Shown: piece by piece, positions 37,458 through 46,216 of the stretch | Layout of the letters: every line of letters begins with the position of its first letter | Position numbering within the stretch: position 1 is the stretch's first letter | Source of the DNA: Gemmatimonadaceae bacterium | GTDB lineage: Bacteria; Gemmatimonadota; Gemmatimonadetes; Gemmatimonadales; Gemmatimonadaceae | DNA length: 64,000 bases | Assembly: GCA_045803545.1 (NCBI GenBank) | Contig: JBJMOW010000005.1 | Span: 160,001-224,000, forward strand | Direction: 5' to 3' | Program-made: the position numbers and the translations under genes | Notes under the pieces: generated by a model | Told to the model about the DNA's origin: nothing | Database searches by the model: none | Seen by the model: the letters and a program-made list of their open reading frames with translations, nothing else

Positions 37458-38908
37458 AATGCCTCGGTGGTTGCTGCCCGTGCACATTTCAGGCAAGTCC
37501 TGGGAGCTTCGGCCGAGCGGAACTCTTCGTCTGGAAGAACGCGGATCGTCGCCTTCGTCTCTTCCTTTATTTGGGCCTCGCATTTGGCATCGCCGCACCA
37601 TCCGGCGTACACGAAGGCACCGTTGCCATCCATTACCTCACGGAACTTGTCGTAAGTGATGCCACCACGGATGCTGTTCTGCTCGCGACGCTCGCGCGCG
37701 TCGATCAGCATCGACTCCTGGATCTGATGCAGAAGTTCGGCTGAATCCTCGCCAATCGAGCTCAACGAAATCGGACGCTTTTCTCTTGTGTCGCGCCGGA
37801 CCATGATTGCCTGATTCTGGTCGAGATCGCGTGGGCCGAGCTCCATGCGCAGCGGCACTCCGCGCAGCTCCCACTCGTAGTATTTGGCGCCCGGCTTCAT
37901 GCCCTCGCGGTCGTCGACGTGGACGCGTAAACGGCCGGGCACGCGCCGTTCCCAACCGAGCAGACTTTCCTTGACGAGATGGGCCGCCGCTTTCACGCGT
38001 CCCTTATCCTCCTCAGAGCGCCAGATCGGGACGATCACGATCTCGATCGGAGCGAGCAAAGGAGGTGTGCGGAGGCCGTTGTCGTCGCCGTGGGTCATTA
38101 CGAGTCCGCCCACCATTCGTGTCGACACGCCCCAGCTGGTGTTCCACGCGTATTCCATCGAGCCGGCTTCGCTCTGAAATTTGAGCTCGAATGCCTTGGC
38201 GAAGTTTTGTCCGAGATTGTGCGAGGTTCCAGCCTGGAGCGCCTTGTTGTCCTGCATCATCCCTTCGCAGGAATACGTCCGCAGCGCACCGGCAAACCTT
38301 TCGGCGTCGGTTTTCTGGCCGGTGACGACAGGCATCGCCATCCAGCCTTCCATGAAGTCGCGATACACTCCGAGCATGCGCCGGGCTTCTTCCTCAGCCT
38401 CGTCGTGGGTTGCATGCGCGGTGTGCCCCTCCTGCCAGAGGAATTCGAGCGTGCGGAGGAATAGACGTGTCCGCATCTCCCAGCGCACCACGTTCGCCCA
38501 CTGATTGATCAGAATTGGCAGATCGCGATAGCTCTGTACCCACTTCGCGTACATCGCGTAGATGATCGTTTCCGAGGTTGGCCGGACGATGAGAGGCTCT
38601 TCCAGCTTCTTTCCACCACCGTGAGTCACCACAGCGGTTTCAGGCGCAAAGCCTTCGACATGCTCGGCCTCCTTGTGGAGAAAGCCTTCAGGGATGAACA
38701 GCGGGAAGTAAGCGTTCTGATGTCCGGTGTCCTTGAACATCATGTCCAGCTGCTGCTGCATCCGCTCCCAGATCCCGTAGCCGTTTGGCCTGATGACCAT
38801 GCAGCCACGGACTGGCGAGTAATCGGCGAGCTCGGCGCGAAGTACTACTTCGTTGTACCAGGCGCTGAAGTCGTCGGCCCGTTTAGTGAGTTTCTTTTCG
38901 TCAGCCAT
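37439..38908 (-). CDS. proS: Proline--tRNA ligase (archaeal/eukaryotic type, no INS editing domain)
   Basis: RPTSET, QWANVVRWE, EFLWQEGHT, QAGTSHNLGQNF, C-terminal Cys cluster, ends in AKAY. Confidence 0.97.
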   Translation of the reverse strand: MADEKKLTKRADDFSAWYNEVVLRAELADYSPVRGCMVIRPNGYGIWERMQQQLDMMFKDTGHQNAYFPLFIPEGFLHKEAEHVEGFAPETAVVTHGGGKKLEEPLIVRPTSETIIYAMYAKWVQSYRDLPILINQWANVVRWEMRTRLFLRTLEFLWQEGHTAHATHDEAEEEARRMLGVYRDFMEGWMAMPVVTGQKTDAERFAGALRTYSCEGMMQDNKALQAGTSHNLGQNFAKAFELKFQSEAGSMEYAWNTSWGVSTRMVGGLVMTHGDDNGLRTPPLLAPIEIVIVPIWRSEEDKGRVKAAAHLVKESLLGWERRVPGRLRVHVDDREGMKPGAKYYEWELRGVPLRMELGPRDLDQNQAIMVRRDTREKRPISLSSIGEDSAELLHQIQESMLIDARERREQNSIRGGITYDKFREVMDGNGAFVYAGWCGDAKCEAQIKEETKATIRVLPDEEFRSAEAPRTCLKCARAATTEALWAKAY

Positions 38909-38911
38909 GGA

Positions 38912-38960
38912 GCGGGAGGCGGGAGGCGAGAGGCGGGAAGCGCGAGGCGGGAGGCGGGAG
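38912..38960. repeat. Heptamer tandem array, 7 x GCGGGAG (degenerate)
   Basis: gcgggag gcgggag gcgagag gcgggaa gcgcgag gcgggag gcgggag fills most of the hisS-proS gap. Confidence 0.92.
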
Positions 38961-38974
38961 GAGATCTGGATGCA

Positions 38975-40258
38975 TCATAGAGAGTTCAGAAACGTATCCA
39001 GTTTGAGATTCTGCTCGGAGCCATCTGCAAGTTTTTTGACAGTTACGTTGCCATTGGAGAAATCTTCGCGGCGTAACAAGACCACCGTTTCCACGCCCGC
39101 GCTTGAAGCGGCCTTGAGCTGCTTACCAAGCGCTTGAGCCTTCAGGGCGTATTCGACGCTGCGGGATTTTGCGCGAAGCTGGCCGGCGACTCTCATCACA
39201 TCGGGCAGCATCGAGTCGTCGTCCGCTGCGATCCAATACTCGGTGCCGAGCGCCGGGGTCGGCAGCAGATTTCGGGCACGAAGGAGCTCGGCGAGAACGA
39301 CGTCGCCCATCCCGAATCCAAGCGCGGGCAGATCGACGCCACCGATGCTGGACAACAGATCATCGTAACGACCGCCTCCGCAAATGGCGCGAAATTCACC
39401 CCTGGCGTCGAAGAGCTCGAATACAATGCCTGTATAGTAAGCGAGCCCGCGAACAATCGAGAGGTCAAAATCGATCCATTCGCCGACGCCGAGCGCGTCG
39501 ACAAAGTTCATGTACTCCCGGAGCCGCGTGATCGACTCCATCACCGAGCTCGAGTTTCTGAACTCCCCCGCAAGCGCGTTGAGATCGGTCGAATGTTTGA
39601 GAACGCTCTCGATTGCTCGGGCTGCATTCTTGTCTGCCACTGCTTTCGCGACTTTCTCATGTGTGACTTCGAGTGGCTCGCGCCCCAGCTTGTCGATCGC
39701 CGCAAAGACGGCAGGCATCTCATCAGGCTTGACGCCGACTTCTCCGAGGACGGCGGTCAGCAGACGGCGATCGGAAATGCGCGCGCGAACATCGCTCGCG
39801 GTCAAACCCGTCGCCCGCATGATCTCGATGGCGACCGCTAATAGTTCGGCGTCAGCAGCAACTGATGCTTCGCCGATGATGTCGACATTGAGCTGGAAGT
39901 GCTCGCGGAGTCTTCCCTTCTGCTGCCGCTCGTAACGAAAGAGCTGAGGGACCGAAAACCAGCGTATCGGCTTGCGCATCGCGTTCGCTTTCGCCGCTAC
40001 CATGCGCGCAAGCGTCGGAGTCATCTCGGGACGCAGCGCCACCTGGCGATCGCCCTTGTCGGTGAAGGCGTAGAGTTGTCCGACGATTTCGTCGCCGCTT
40101 TTCTTCGTGTATAGCTCGAGGGGCTCGAGAGGTGGTCCATCGTATTCGACGAATCCGTAGCGGCGCGCCACGTCACGCCAAACCGTAGTGAGATAGTTGC
40201 GCGTGGCGAGTTGTTCGGGATAGAAGTCGCGAAATCCTGGTAACGCCCCCTGTGCCAT
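38975..40258 (-). CDS. hisS: Histidine--tRNA ligase
   Basis: LRPEMT, FRYERQQKGRLREHFQ, RGLAYYTG, GGGRYD. Confidence 0.97.
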   Translation of the reverse strand: MAQGALPGFRDFYPEQLATRNYLTTVWRDVARRYGFVEYDGPPLEPLELYTKKSGDEIVGQLYAFTDKGDRQVALRPEMTPTLARMVAAKANAMRKPIRWFSVPQLFRYERQQKGRLREHFQLNVDIIGEASVAADAELLAVAIEIMRATGLTASDVRARISDRRLLTAVLGEVGVKPDEMPAVFAAIDKLGREPLEVTHEKVAKAVADKNAARAIESVLKHSTDLNALAGEFRNSSSVMESITRLREYMNFVDALGVGEWIDFDLSIVRGLAYYTGIVFELFDARGEFRAICGGGRYDDLLSSIGGVDLPALGFGMGDVVLAELLRARNLLPTPALGTEYWIAADDDSMLPDVMRVAGQLRAKSRSVEYALKAQALGKQLKAASSAGVETVVLLRREDFSNGNVTVKKLADGSEQNLKLDTFLNSL

Positions 40259-40267
40259 TGAGGAAAG

Positions 40268-41557
40268 CTACGCGGCCACCGGAGACACCTGCAAGCGCGA
40301 CATCACGTCACCAACAGTGTGAAAAGAGCCAGTCACGAGCAGCGTACCACATCGTCTTTGCGCGCGGACGAGCGCGGCGTCGAGATCAGGCTCAAGCTCG
40401 GCGACGATGCCGTGCGCCCTGGCGTAGGCGTGTGCATCGCTCGCGTTCCACCGACGCTCAGCGGGCGCGGACGGAGTGTTGGTGATCACCATCCTGTCAA
40501 TCACAGGTGCCAGAGCGTCTATGATCCCCTGCCAATCTTTGTCACCCAAAACCGCGAGAAGCGCGCACCGCGGATGAGGCGGATCGAGGGCGGCGATGTT
40601 GTCCGCGATCGTGCTCGCGCCGGCCGGATTGTGCGCGACGTCAAAGATGAATTTGTCGCGGCGCTGGAAGCGCCCGGGCAGGAAGACGCTTGCCAACGCG
40701 AGCGTGAGCTCCTCGAGCGCGGGGAGATAGCGATCGCCAATTGCTGCGACCGTAGCAATCGCAGTCGCTGTATTGCGCGCCTGATACTCGCCGATCAACG
40801 GTGTCGTAACGGCGACCTGTCGATCTCCCAGTCGCAGACGGAAGGACGTACCGAGAGCGGTGACCGCGACGTCATTCACGGAGTAGTCGCGATCCACAAC
40901 CGAAGTCGGTATTGCCTTGGCGTCGGCCGCGCAGCGACCGAGAAGATGGCGGATGTGCGGGTCTGACTCTCCGATGACTGCGGGAGTCTGAGCTTTGAAT
41001 ATTCCTGCCTTCTCGCGCGCGATCTCTTCGAGAGTCGAGCCGAGAAGATCGGTGTGATCGAGACCAATGGATGTGACGGTCGCGACTTTCGGCAGCAGGA
41101 CGTTGGTCGAGTCGAGGCGTCCGCCGAGTCCGGTTTCGATTACCGCGATGTCGACGTTCTGGCGGGCGAGCCAGTCAAACGCAAGCGCAGTAGTGACCTC
41201 GAAGAATGTCGCACCGAGCTCTTCGGCGGTCCCGATCCATCGCTCGAGGAACGCGAGCACGTCCGCTTCCGGGATTGGCTGACCGTCGACCGTAATCCGC
41301 TCGCGGAAGTCGATCAGGTGCGGTGATGTATAACGTCCCACCCGCAAGCCGCGCCAACGCAATAGCGCCTCGCAGGTCGCGACGACACTGCCCTTCCCAT
41401 TTGTGCCCGCGACGTGAATCGCGGCGAGCTTCGTGTGTGGGGAACCCAGCCGAGCGAGAAGCTCGTTGGTGCGCTCGAGTCCTGGTTTGATTCCGCCGGT
41501 GGTGCGAGCGAAGAGAGATTCAATCGCCTCGCCGTAAGTCGTCAGGAGGTCGTCCAC
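40268..41557 (-). CDS. folC: Folylpolyglutamate synthase / dihydrofolate synthase
   Basis: HVAGTNGKGS, TSPHL, ETGLGGRLDSTN, DVAHNP. Confidence 0.96.
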   Translation of the reverse strand: MDDLLTTYGEAIESLFARTTGGIKPGLERTNELLARLGSPHTKLAAIHVAGTNGKGSVVATCEALLRWRGLRVGRYTSPHLIDFRERITVDGQPIPEADVLAFLERWIGTAEELGATFFEVTTALAFDWLARQNVDIAVIETGLGGRLDSTNVLLPKVATVTSIGLDHTDLLGSTLEEIAREKAGIFKAQTPAVIGESDPHIRHLLGRCAADAKAIPTSVVDRDYSVNDVAVTALGTSFRLRLGDRQVAVTTPLIGEYQARNTATAIATVAAIGDRYLPALEELTLALASVFLPGRFQRRDKFIFDVAHNPAGASTIADNIAALDPPHPRCALLAVLGDKDWQGIIDALAPVIDRMVITNTPSAPAERRWNASDAHAYARAHGIVAELEPDLDAALVRAQRRCGTLLVTGSFHTVGDVMSRLQVSPVAA

Positions 41558-42405
41558 CCTGCCGATGCCGGCTTGCCAGTCATGTGTCGCAGCAATTGGC
41601 CGACTGTTCGCTTGAGCTCGCCACGCGCAACAACCGAATCGACAATGCCGTGCTCGAGCAGAAACTCGGCGGTCTGGAACCCTTCAGGCAATTCCTGGCC
41701 GATCGTCTGCTTGATCACGCGCGGGCCGGCGAATCCGATGACTGCTCCGGGCTCGGCGAGAATCGCATCACCGAGCATCGAGTAGCTCGCGCTCACTCCA
41801 CCAGTCGTCGGGTTGGTGAGAATTGAGACGTAAGGAATTCGCCGCTCGGCCAGCTGCGAAAGAATCGCCGCCGCTTTAGCCATTTGCATCAGCGACAGCA
41901 CTCCTTCCTGCATGCGGGCGCCGCCCGACGCACTGATCACGATCAGCGGATACTTGCGCTCGATCGCGAGCTGACCAAGTCGCGCCAACTTCTCGCCCAC
42001 CACCGATCCCATGGACCCGCCCATGAACGCGAAATCCATCACCGCGAGGCCAACGGGCATGCCGTCGAGCTGCCCAGTGAAGGTAAGGATCGCATCGCCT
42101 TCGCCGGCGTTGGTTGTCGACTTTTTCAACCGCGCTGGATACTCGGGAAAGCCGAGCGGATCGGCGGATCGTATCTCGATCTCAGTCTCTTCGATTGTTC
42201 CATCGTCGAGCAGTAGATTGGCGTACTCGGTCGCGCGAATGCGGCGGTGATGGCCGCACTGCATGCAGACGTTGAGATTCCGCACAAACTTCTCGCGCAA
42301 ATCGGTGTGCCCGCACTGGTCGCACTTTTCCCAGGCGTCAGGCGGGATCTCGAGCTTTTCGTGGCGGGGAAGCCGGGGCTTTTTCTCTTTGCGGAACCAG
42401 GCCAT
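41542..42405 (-). CDS. accD: Acetyl-CoA carboxylase carboxyltransferase beta subunit
   Basis: Zn finger WEKCDQC...CMQC, FMGGSMG, SGGARMQEG, PTTGGVSAS, GFAGPRVI. Confidence 0.97.
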   Translation of the reverse strand: MAWFRKEKKPRLPRHEKLEIPPDAWEKCDQCGHTDLREKFVRNLNVCMQCGHHRRIRATEYANLLLDDGTIEETEIEIRSADPLGFPEYPARLKKSTTNAGEGDAILTFTGQLDGMPVGLAVMDFAFMGGSMGSVVGEKLARLGQLAIERKYPLIVISASGGARMQEGVLSLMQMAKAAAILSQLAERRIPYVSILTNPTTGGVSASYSMLGDAILAEPGAVIGFAGPRVIKQTIGQELPEGFQTAEFLLEHGIVDSVVARGELKRTVGQLLRHMTGKPASAGWTTS

Positions 42406-42440
42406 CGCTCAATCTACAAAGTCGACCCGCGCGCCAATAG

Positions 42441-42720
42441 TAGAGCTGCGGGACGAGAGCCAACTTCTGCGGGACGAGAGCTAACCAATTGCTGCGAGCT
42501 GCGGGCTGGTTGCGAGTTGCGGGCTAGTTGCGAGACGAGGGCTGGTTGCGAGATGCGGGCTAGTTGCTGGTCAAGAGCTGGTCGCCGATTACGAGCTAAC
42601 ATCTTACCGCTCTCATCTCGCAATTAGCTCTCATCTCGCAGCTAGCACTCATCTCGCATCTAGCCCGCAGCTCGCATCAATTGGTTGGCTCTCATCCCGC
42701 AGCAGTTAGCCCGCAGCCTA
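42441..42720. repeat. Palindromic repeat element, copy 1 (18-bp subrepeats, ~20-bp terminal inverted units)
   Basis: Left arm GCTGCGGGACGAGAGCCAAC x2 plus four G(C/T)TGCGAG..GCT(A/G) units; right arm is their reverse complement and includes GTTGGCTCTCATCCCGCAGC. Confidence 0.9.
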
Positions 42721-43965
42721 CCGGTAAAGCGAAACCGCGCTGCCGCGCCCTTCTCCCGATATCCTCATCAAAATCCCGACGGCTAGCCACGAGGCAAGCA
42801 TGAACGATCCGCCATAGCTGAAGAACGGCAGCGGGATTCCGGTAATCGGCATCAGGTTAAGCGTCATTCCGACGTTGACCAACACGTGCACGAACCAGCC
42901 CGACATCAGGCCGAATGCGACGAGGCTGCTGTAGGAATCGTTGGCACGCTCGGCGACCTGGGTTATGCGGAGGAAGAGCCAGAGGAATAGCGCGAGCGCG
43001 ATGGTCACGCCGATGAAGCCGAGTTCTTCGCCGACCACCGAGAAAATGAAATCGGTGTGCTGCTCGGGAAGGAACGCCAGTCGCTTCTGGGTTCCCATCG
43101 TGAAGCCCTGGCCGAGTACCCCGCCCGATCCGATTGCGACCTTCGATTGAATGACGTGGTACCCAGTACCGCGTACGTCAGCGGTCGGATCGAGAAAGGT
43201 CTTGAGCCGCGCCTGCTGATATGGCGCCAGTTTCTCCCACATGATCGGTGCAATGACACCCGTGGCGACGTTGAGCACCATCAGCACGATGCCCTCGATC
43301 AGGTATGGACGATACCACAACACGAGCGCGAGCAGAATGAAGAACCACGCACCCCACAGCCCGACGCTGAACGAGAGAATGAGGCTTATCGCCGGACTCG
43401 CAACCAGAATCAACAACGGCCACGACACGCCGGACCAGTAAAGCATCGCGAAGAAGATTCCGATGAACACGATGCCAGTGCCGAGGTCAGGCTGCAGCAT
43501 GATGATCATCCACGGAATGCCGACGACAAGCGCAGGCTTCCAGAGGTCGAGCAGCGATTTCGGCGCCTCACGCTGATTGGCGAGAACTTTCGCCAGCATC
43601 AGCACCACCGTCACCTTGGCGATCTCTGACGGTTGTCCAATGCGGTGACTGCCGATCGCGAGCCAGCTCTTGGTGCTGGCTGCGGTACCGGCGCCTTTGC
43701 CGATCACGAGGGTCAGCCCGAGCAGGAAGACTGAAAAGAGGTAGAGCGGCGTGGTGACCCACTCGATAAAACGAACCGACGAGTGACCCACGGCGTAGGC
43801 GAAGCCGAGTCCGATGAGAAGCCACAGCGCCTGCGACTTGTACGCGGTTGCCACCGCCGTTGGCGTGTCAGTCTGTCCCGCCGAATAAACCATCGCGATG
43901 CCAAACAGCGACAGAGCGCCGGCCGCGGCGAGCAGCTTGTAATCAGAGACGATGGGTCTGCTCAT
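42718..43965 (-). CDS. rodA: Rod shape-determining protein RodA
   Basis: QPSEIAK, QPDLGT, LPEQHTDFIFS, TGIPLPFFSYGGS; follows mrdA. Confidence 0.95.
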   Translation of the reverse strand: MSRPIVSDYKLLAAAGALSLFGIAMVYSAGQTDTPTAVATAYKSQALWLLIGLGFAYAVGHSSVRFIEWVTTPLYLFSVFLLGLTLVIGKGAGTAASTKSWLAIGSHRIGQPSEIAKVTVVLMLAKVLANQREAPKSLLDLWKPALVVGIPWMIIMLQPDLGTGIVFIGIFFAMLYWSGVSWPLLILVASPAISLILSFSVGLWGAWFFILLALVLWYRPYLIEGIVLMVLNVATGVIAPIMWEKLAPYQQARLKTFLDPTADVRGTGYHVIQSKVAIGSGGVLGQGFTMGTQKRLAFLPEQHTDFIFSVVGEELGFIGVTIALALFLWLFLRITQVAERANDSYSSLVAFGLMSGWFVHVLVNVGMTLNLMPITGIPLPFFSYGGSFMLASWLAVGILMRISGEGRGSAVSLYR

Positions 43966-45731
43966 TATCCTTCGTCCATCGTCGCGTTGATCGGACCAAC
44001 CTTCAGATAGTGTCCAATAATCGCCGAGGCAATGTGAGCGGCGCGCGAGCCGTGGAGGCCGAATTCGAGCAGCACCGCGACGACAATCTTTGGATGATCA
44101 GCCGGCGCGAAGCCAACGAACCAGCCGTGATCAGGTCCACCCGTGTTCTGCGCGGTACCCGTCTTTCCGGCCAGCGTCAGGCCCTGGATCGCGGAGGCGC
44201 CTGCGGTTCCGCCTGCCTCGAGCACTGCTTTTAGTCCTTCGAGGATGATCGAGTCCTGCGCCTGGGTGAGATTGAAGACCTGTTTTCTCTGCGGAACGAG
44301 GTGCGCAATTTCAGGTCGCGCTGCTTTTCCACCAGTGGCGATCGCGGTATAAAACTTCGCCATGTTCACGACAGTCTGTGAATTCGCGCCCTGGCCGATC
44401 GCCAGGTTCAACGTTTCCGCGTTACTCCACCCGCGCGCACCATACTTGTCGTTGTAGTACTGGATCGCGTACGGCCAGTACGGCTGGTTCTCTTCCGGGA
44501 GATCGATTCCCGATCTGTCGCGCATGGTGAGGTTGATTCCGCCGGCGATCAGCTTGGTCAAACCAATCTTTAGTCCCAGCTGATAGAAATAGACATCGCA
44601 CGAATGCTTGATTGCACCTTCGAGATCCAGCGAGCCGTGGCCTCTTTTGTCCCAGCACCGGAAGTAGCGGCTGCCGTACTGATAACCGCCGCTGCATGGA
44701 ACGGGCATGTGATCCTTAGGCGTGATCACACCGTTTTGCAACCCGATCACGCTCGTCGCCAGCTTGAACGTCGAGCCCGGTGGATACCGGCCCTGAATCG
44801 TTTTGTTGACGAGCGGGCGACGCTTGTCCTCGAGCAGCGACTTGTAGTAATCGACCGGGATGCCGCCGGTGAACTTGTTCGGGTCCCAACTCGGGGCGCT
44901 GTACAACGCCAGCACCTCGCCGGTGGTCGGATCTATGGCGACCGCACCGCCCTGCAATGAATCGGCGAAAATCCCCGACGTGAATTTCTGCAGATCGAGA
45001 TCGATGTTGGTGTAGAGGGGCGGCGCTCCGACAGGATCGAGATCCGGCCGCGGGCCTTCGCCGCGCACCGGCCGCCCACGCGCATCGACCTCGTCGAATT
45101 TCACACCCTCGCGTCCGTGCAGAATGTTCTCGTACTGCTTCTCGAGACCTGCTTTCCCGATCTCCTGCCCCGGCTTGTAGTCCACGTACTTCGGATCGTT
45201 CAGCTCGTTTTCCGTGATCTCTCCGGTGTATCCAACGAACGAAGCGACGATCGGGCCGTCGGGATAGTAGCGCTTCGGCACGGACTGGATGATCAAGCGC
45301 GGGAAATCCAGTCGATGCTCCTCGAGTACCGAGACGATGTCGATCGACGCGTCGGGCAGGATCACCGTCGGCCGCGTCGGGGCACGTCGATAACGGCGGA
45401 TGGCGAGGTTGATGTCGTTCTGCGCCAGCTGCAGTGTTGGCGCCAACTGTGCGAGCGCGTTGCGCAAGCTGTCGACGTTCGGTGACGTGATCGACACTGA
45501 ATACGCGGGCAGATTCTCGGCGATTACCTCACCGTGTCGGTCGTAGATAATTCCGCGCGGCGCAGGCAGTGGAATCGGCCGCAGGCGATTTTCCTGCGAC
45601 TGCAGCACGTATTGCTTGTGCTGCAGTACCTGGGTTTTGAAGAACGCGCCGATAAGAACGAGAAAGGCTACACCAAGAAACAGAACGCTCCAACGCGCTC
45701 TCCGTGCAACGTCGTTCGGGTGAAAGCTCAT
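43965..45731 (-). CDS. mrdA: Penicillin-binding protein 2
   Basis: APRGIIYDR, YPPGSTFK (SxxK), SCDVYFY, KTGTAQ. Confidence 0.96.
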   Translation of the reverse strand: MSFHPNDVARRARWSVLFLGVAFLVLIGAFFKTQVLQHKQYVLQSQENRLRPIPLPAPRGIIYDRHGEVIAENLPAYSVSITSPNVDSLRNALAQLAPTLQLAQNDINLAIRRYRRAPTRPTVILPDASIDIVSVLEEHRLDFPRLIIQSVPKRYYPDGPIVASFVGYTGEITENELNDPKYVDYKPGQEIGKAGLEKQYENILHGREGVKFDEVDARGRPVRGEGPRPDLDPVGAPPLYTNIDLDLQKFTSGIFADSLQGGAVAIDPTTGEVLALYSAPSWDPNKFTGGIPVDYYKSLLEDKRRPLVNKTIQGRYPPGSTFKLATSVIGLQNGVITPKDHMPVPCSGGYQYGSRYFRCWDKRGHGSLDLEGAIKHSCDVYFYQLGLKIGLTKLIAGGINLTMRDRSGIDLPEENQPYWPYAIQYYNDKYGARGWSNAETLNLAIGQGANSQTVVNMAKFYTAIATGGKAARPEIAHLVPQRKQVFNLTQAQDSIILEGLKAVLEAGGTAGASAIQGLTLAGKTGTAQNTGGPDHGWFVGFAPADHPKIVVAVLLEFGLHGSRAAHIASAIIGHYLKVGPINATMDEG

Positions 45732-46216
45732 GCGGGTGTCGGCTCCAACAACGGTCGCATCAGGAAAAGAAGCAAGACGCCGACCGCGGCAGTGACTGCC
45801 GCCGATAGCGGAGACCAGAGCAGCAGCTGCTGCAACAGCTCCACTCCTTTGACACGCTGCTCACCCACGAAATAGAGAATGTCGAACACCCACTTCCCGA
45901 GAAAGAAGAAGAAGGCGTTCAGCACCAGGTTATCCGCAAAGAAAACGGCCTTCAAGTACGATGCTCCGAAACCGACGACCGTCATTGCGATCGCGCCCGC
46001 ACCCAGTGCGTCAGGCGCGAGCGAGTCCGAGATCAGACCGAGCAGAAACCCGATGATCGCGGCTGTCGACGGCCTTACACGAACCGCCGCGAGGAGCAGC
46101 GCCAGGATCAGGAAGTCCATAGGCGCGCGCCAACCGAGCAGGGGGCGGAGCGTGTAGTGGAGTACGACGAAAATGAGGAAGGTGATGATCGCGCGAATCG
46201 CTCCGCCCACGTTCAT
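45728..46216 (-). CDS. mreD: Rod shape-determining protein MreD
   Basis: Small polytopic membrane protein (GFLLGLISD) between mreC and mrdA. Confidence 0.88.
   Translation of the reverse strand: MNVGGAIRAIITFLIFVVLHYTLRPLLGWRAPMDFLILALLLAAVRVRPSTAAIIGFLLGLISDSLAPDALGAGAIAMTVVGFGASYLKAVFFADNLVLNAFFFFLGKWVFDILYFVGEQRVKGVELLQQLLLWSPLSAAVTAAVGVLLLFLMRPLLEPTPA

Noticed and set aside
37439..38908. Archaeal/eukaryotic-type ProRS as evidence of recent transfer
   Set aside because: This ProRS type is widespread in several bacterial phyla, and the gene sits in a core operon with normal codon style.
42247..42627. ORFs crossing the repeat element (CELRAG-like peptide repeats)
   Set aside because: The peptide periodicity simply reflects the 18-bp DNA unit; the ORF overlaps accD antisense and has no initiation signals.
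42441..42720. Repeat region as a CRISPR array (also 53609-53870)
   Set aside because: Units are adjacent and degenerate, lack unique spacers, and are arranged as inverted arms; no cas genes are present in the window.
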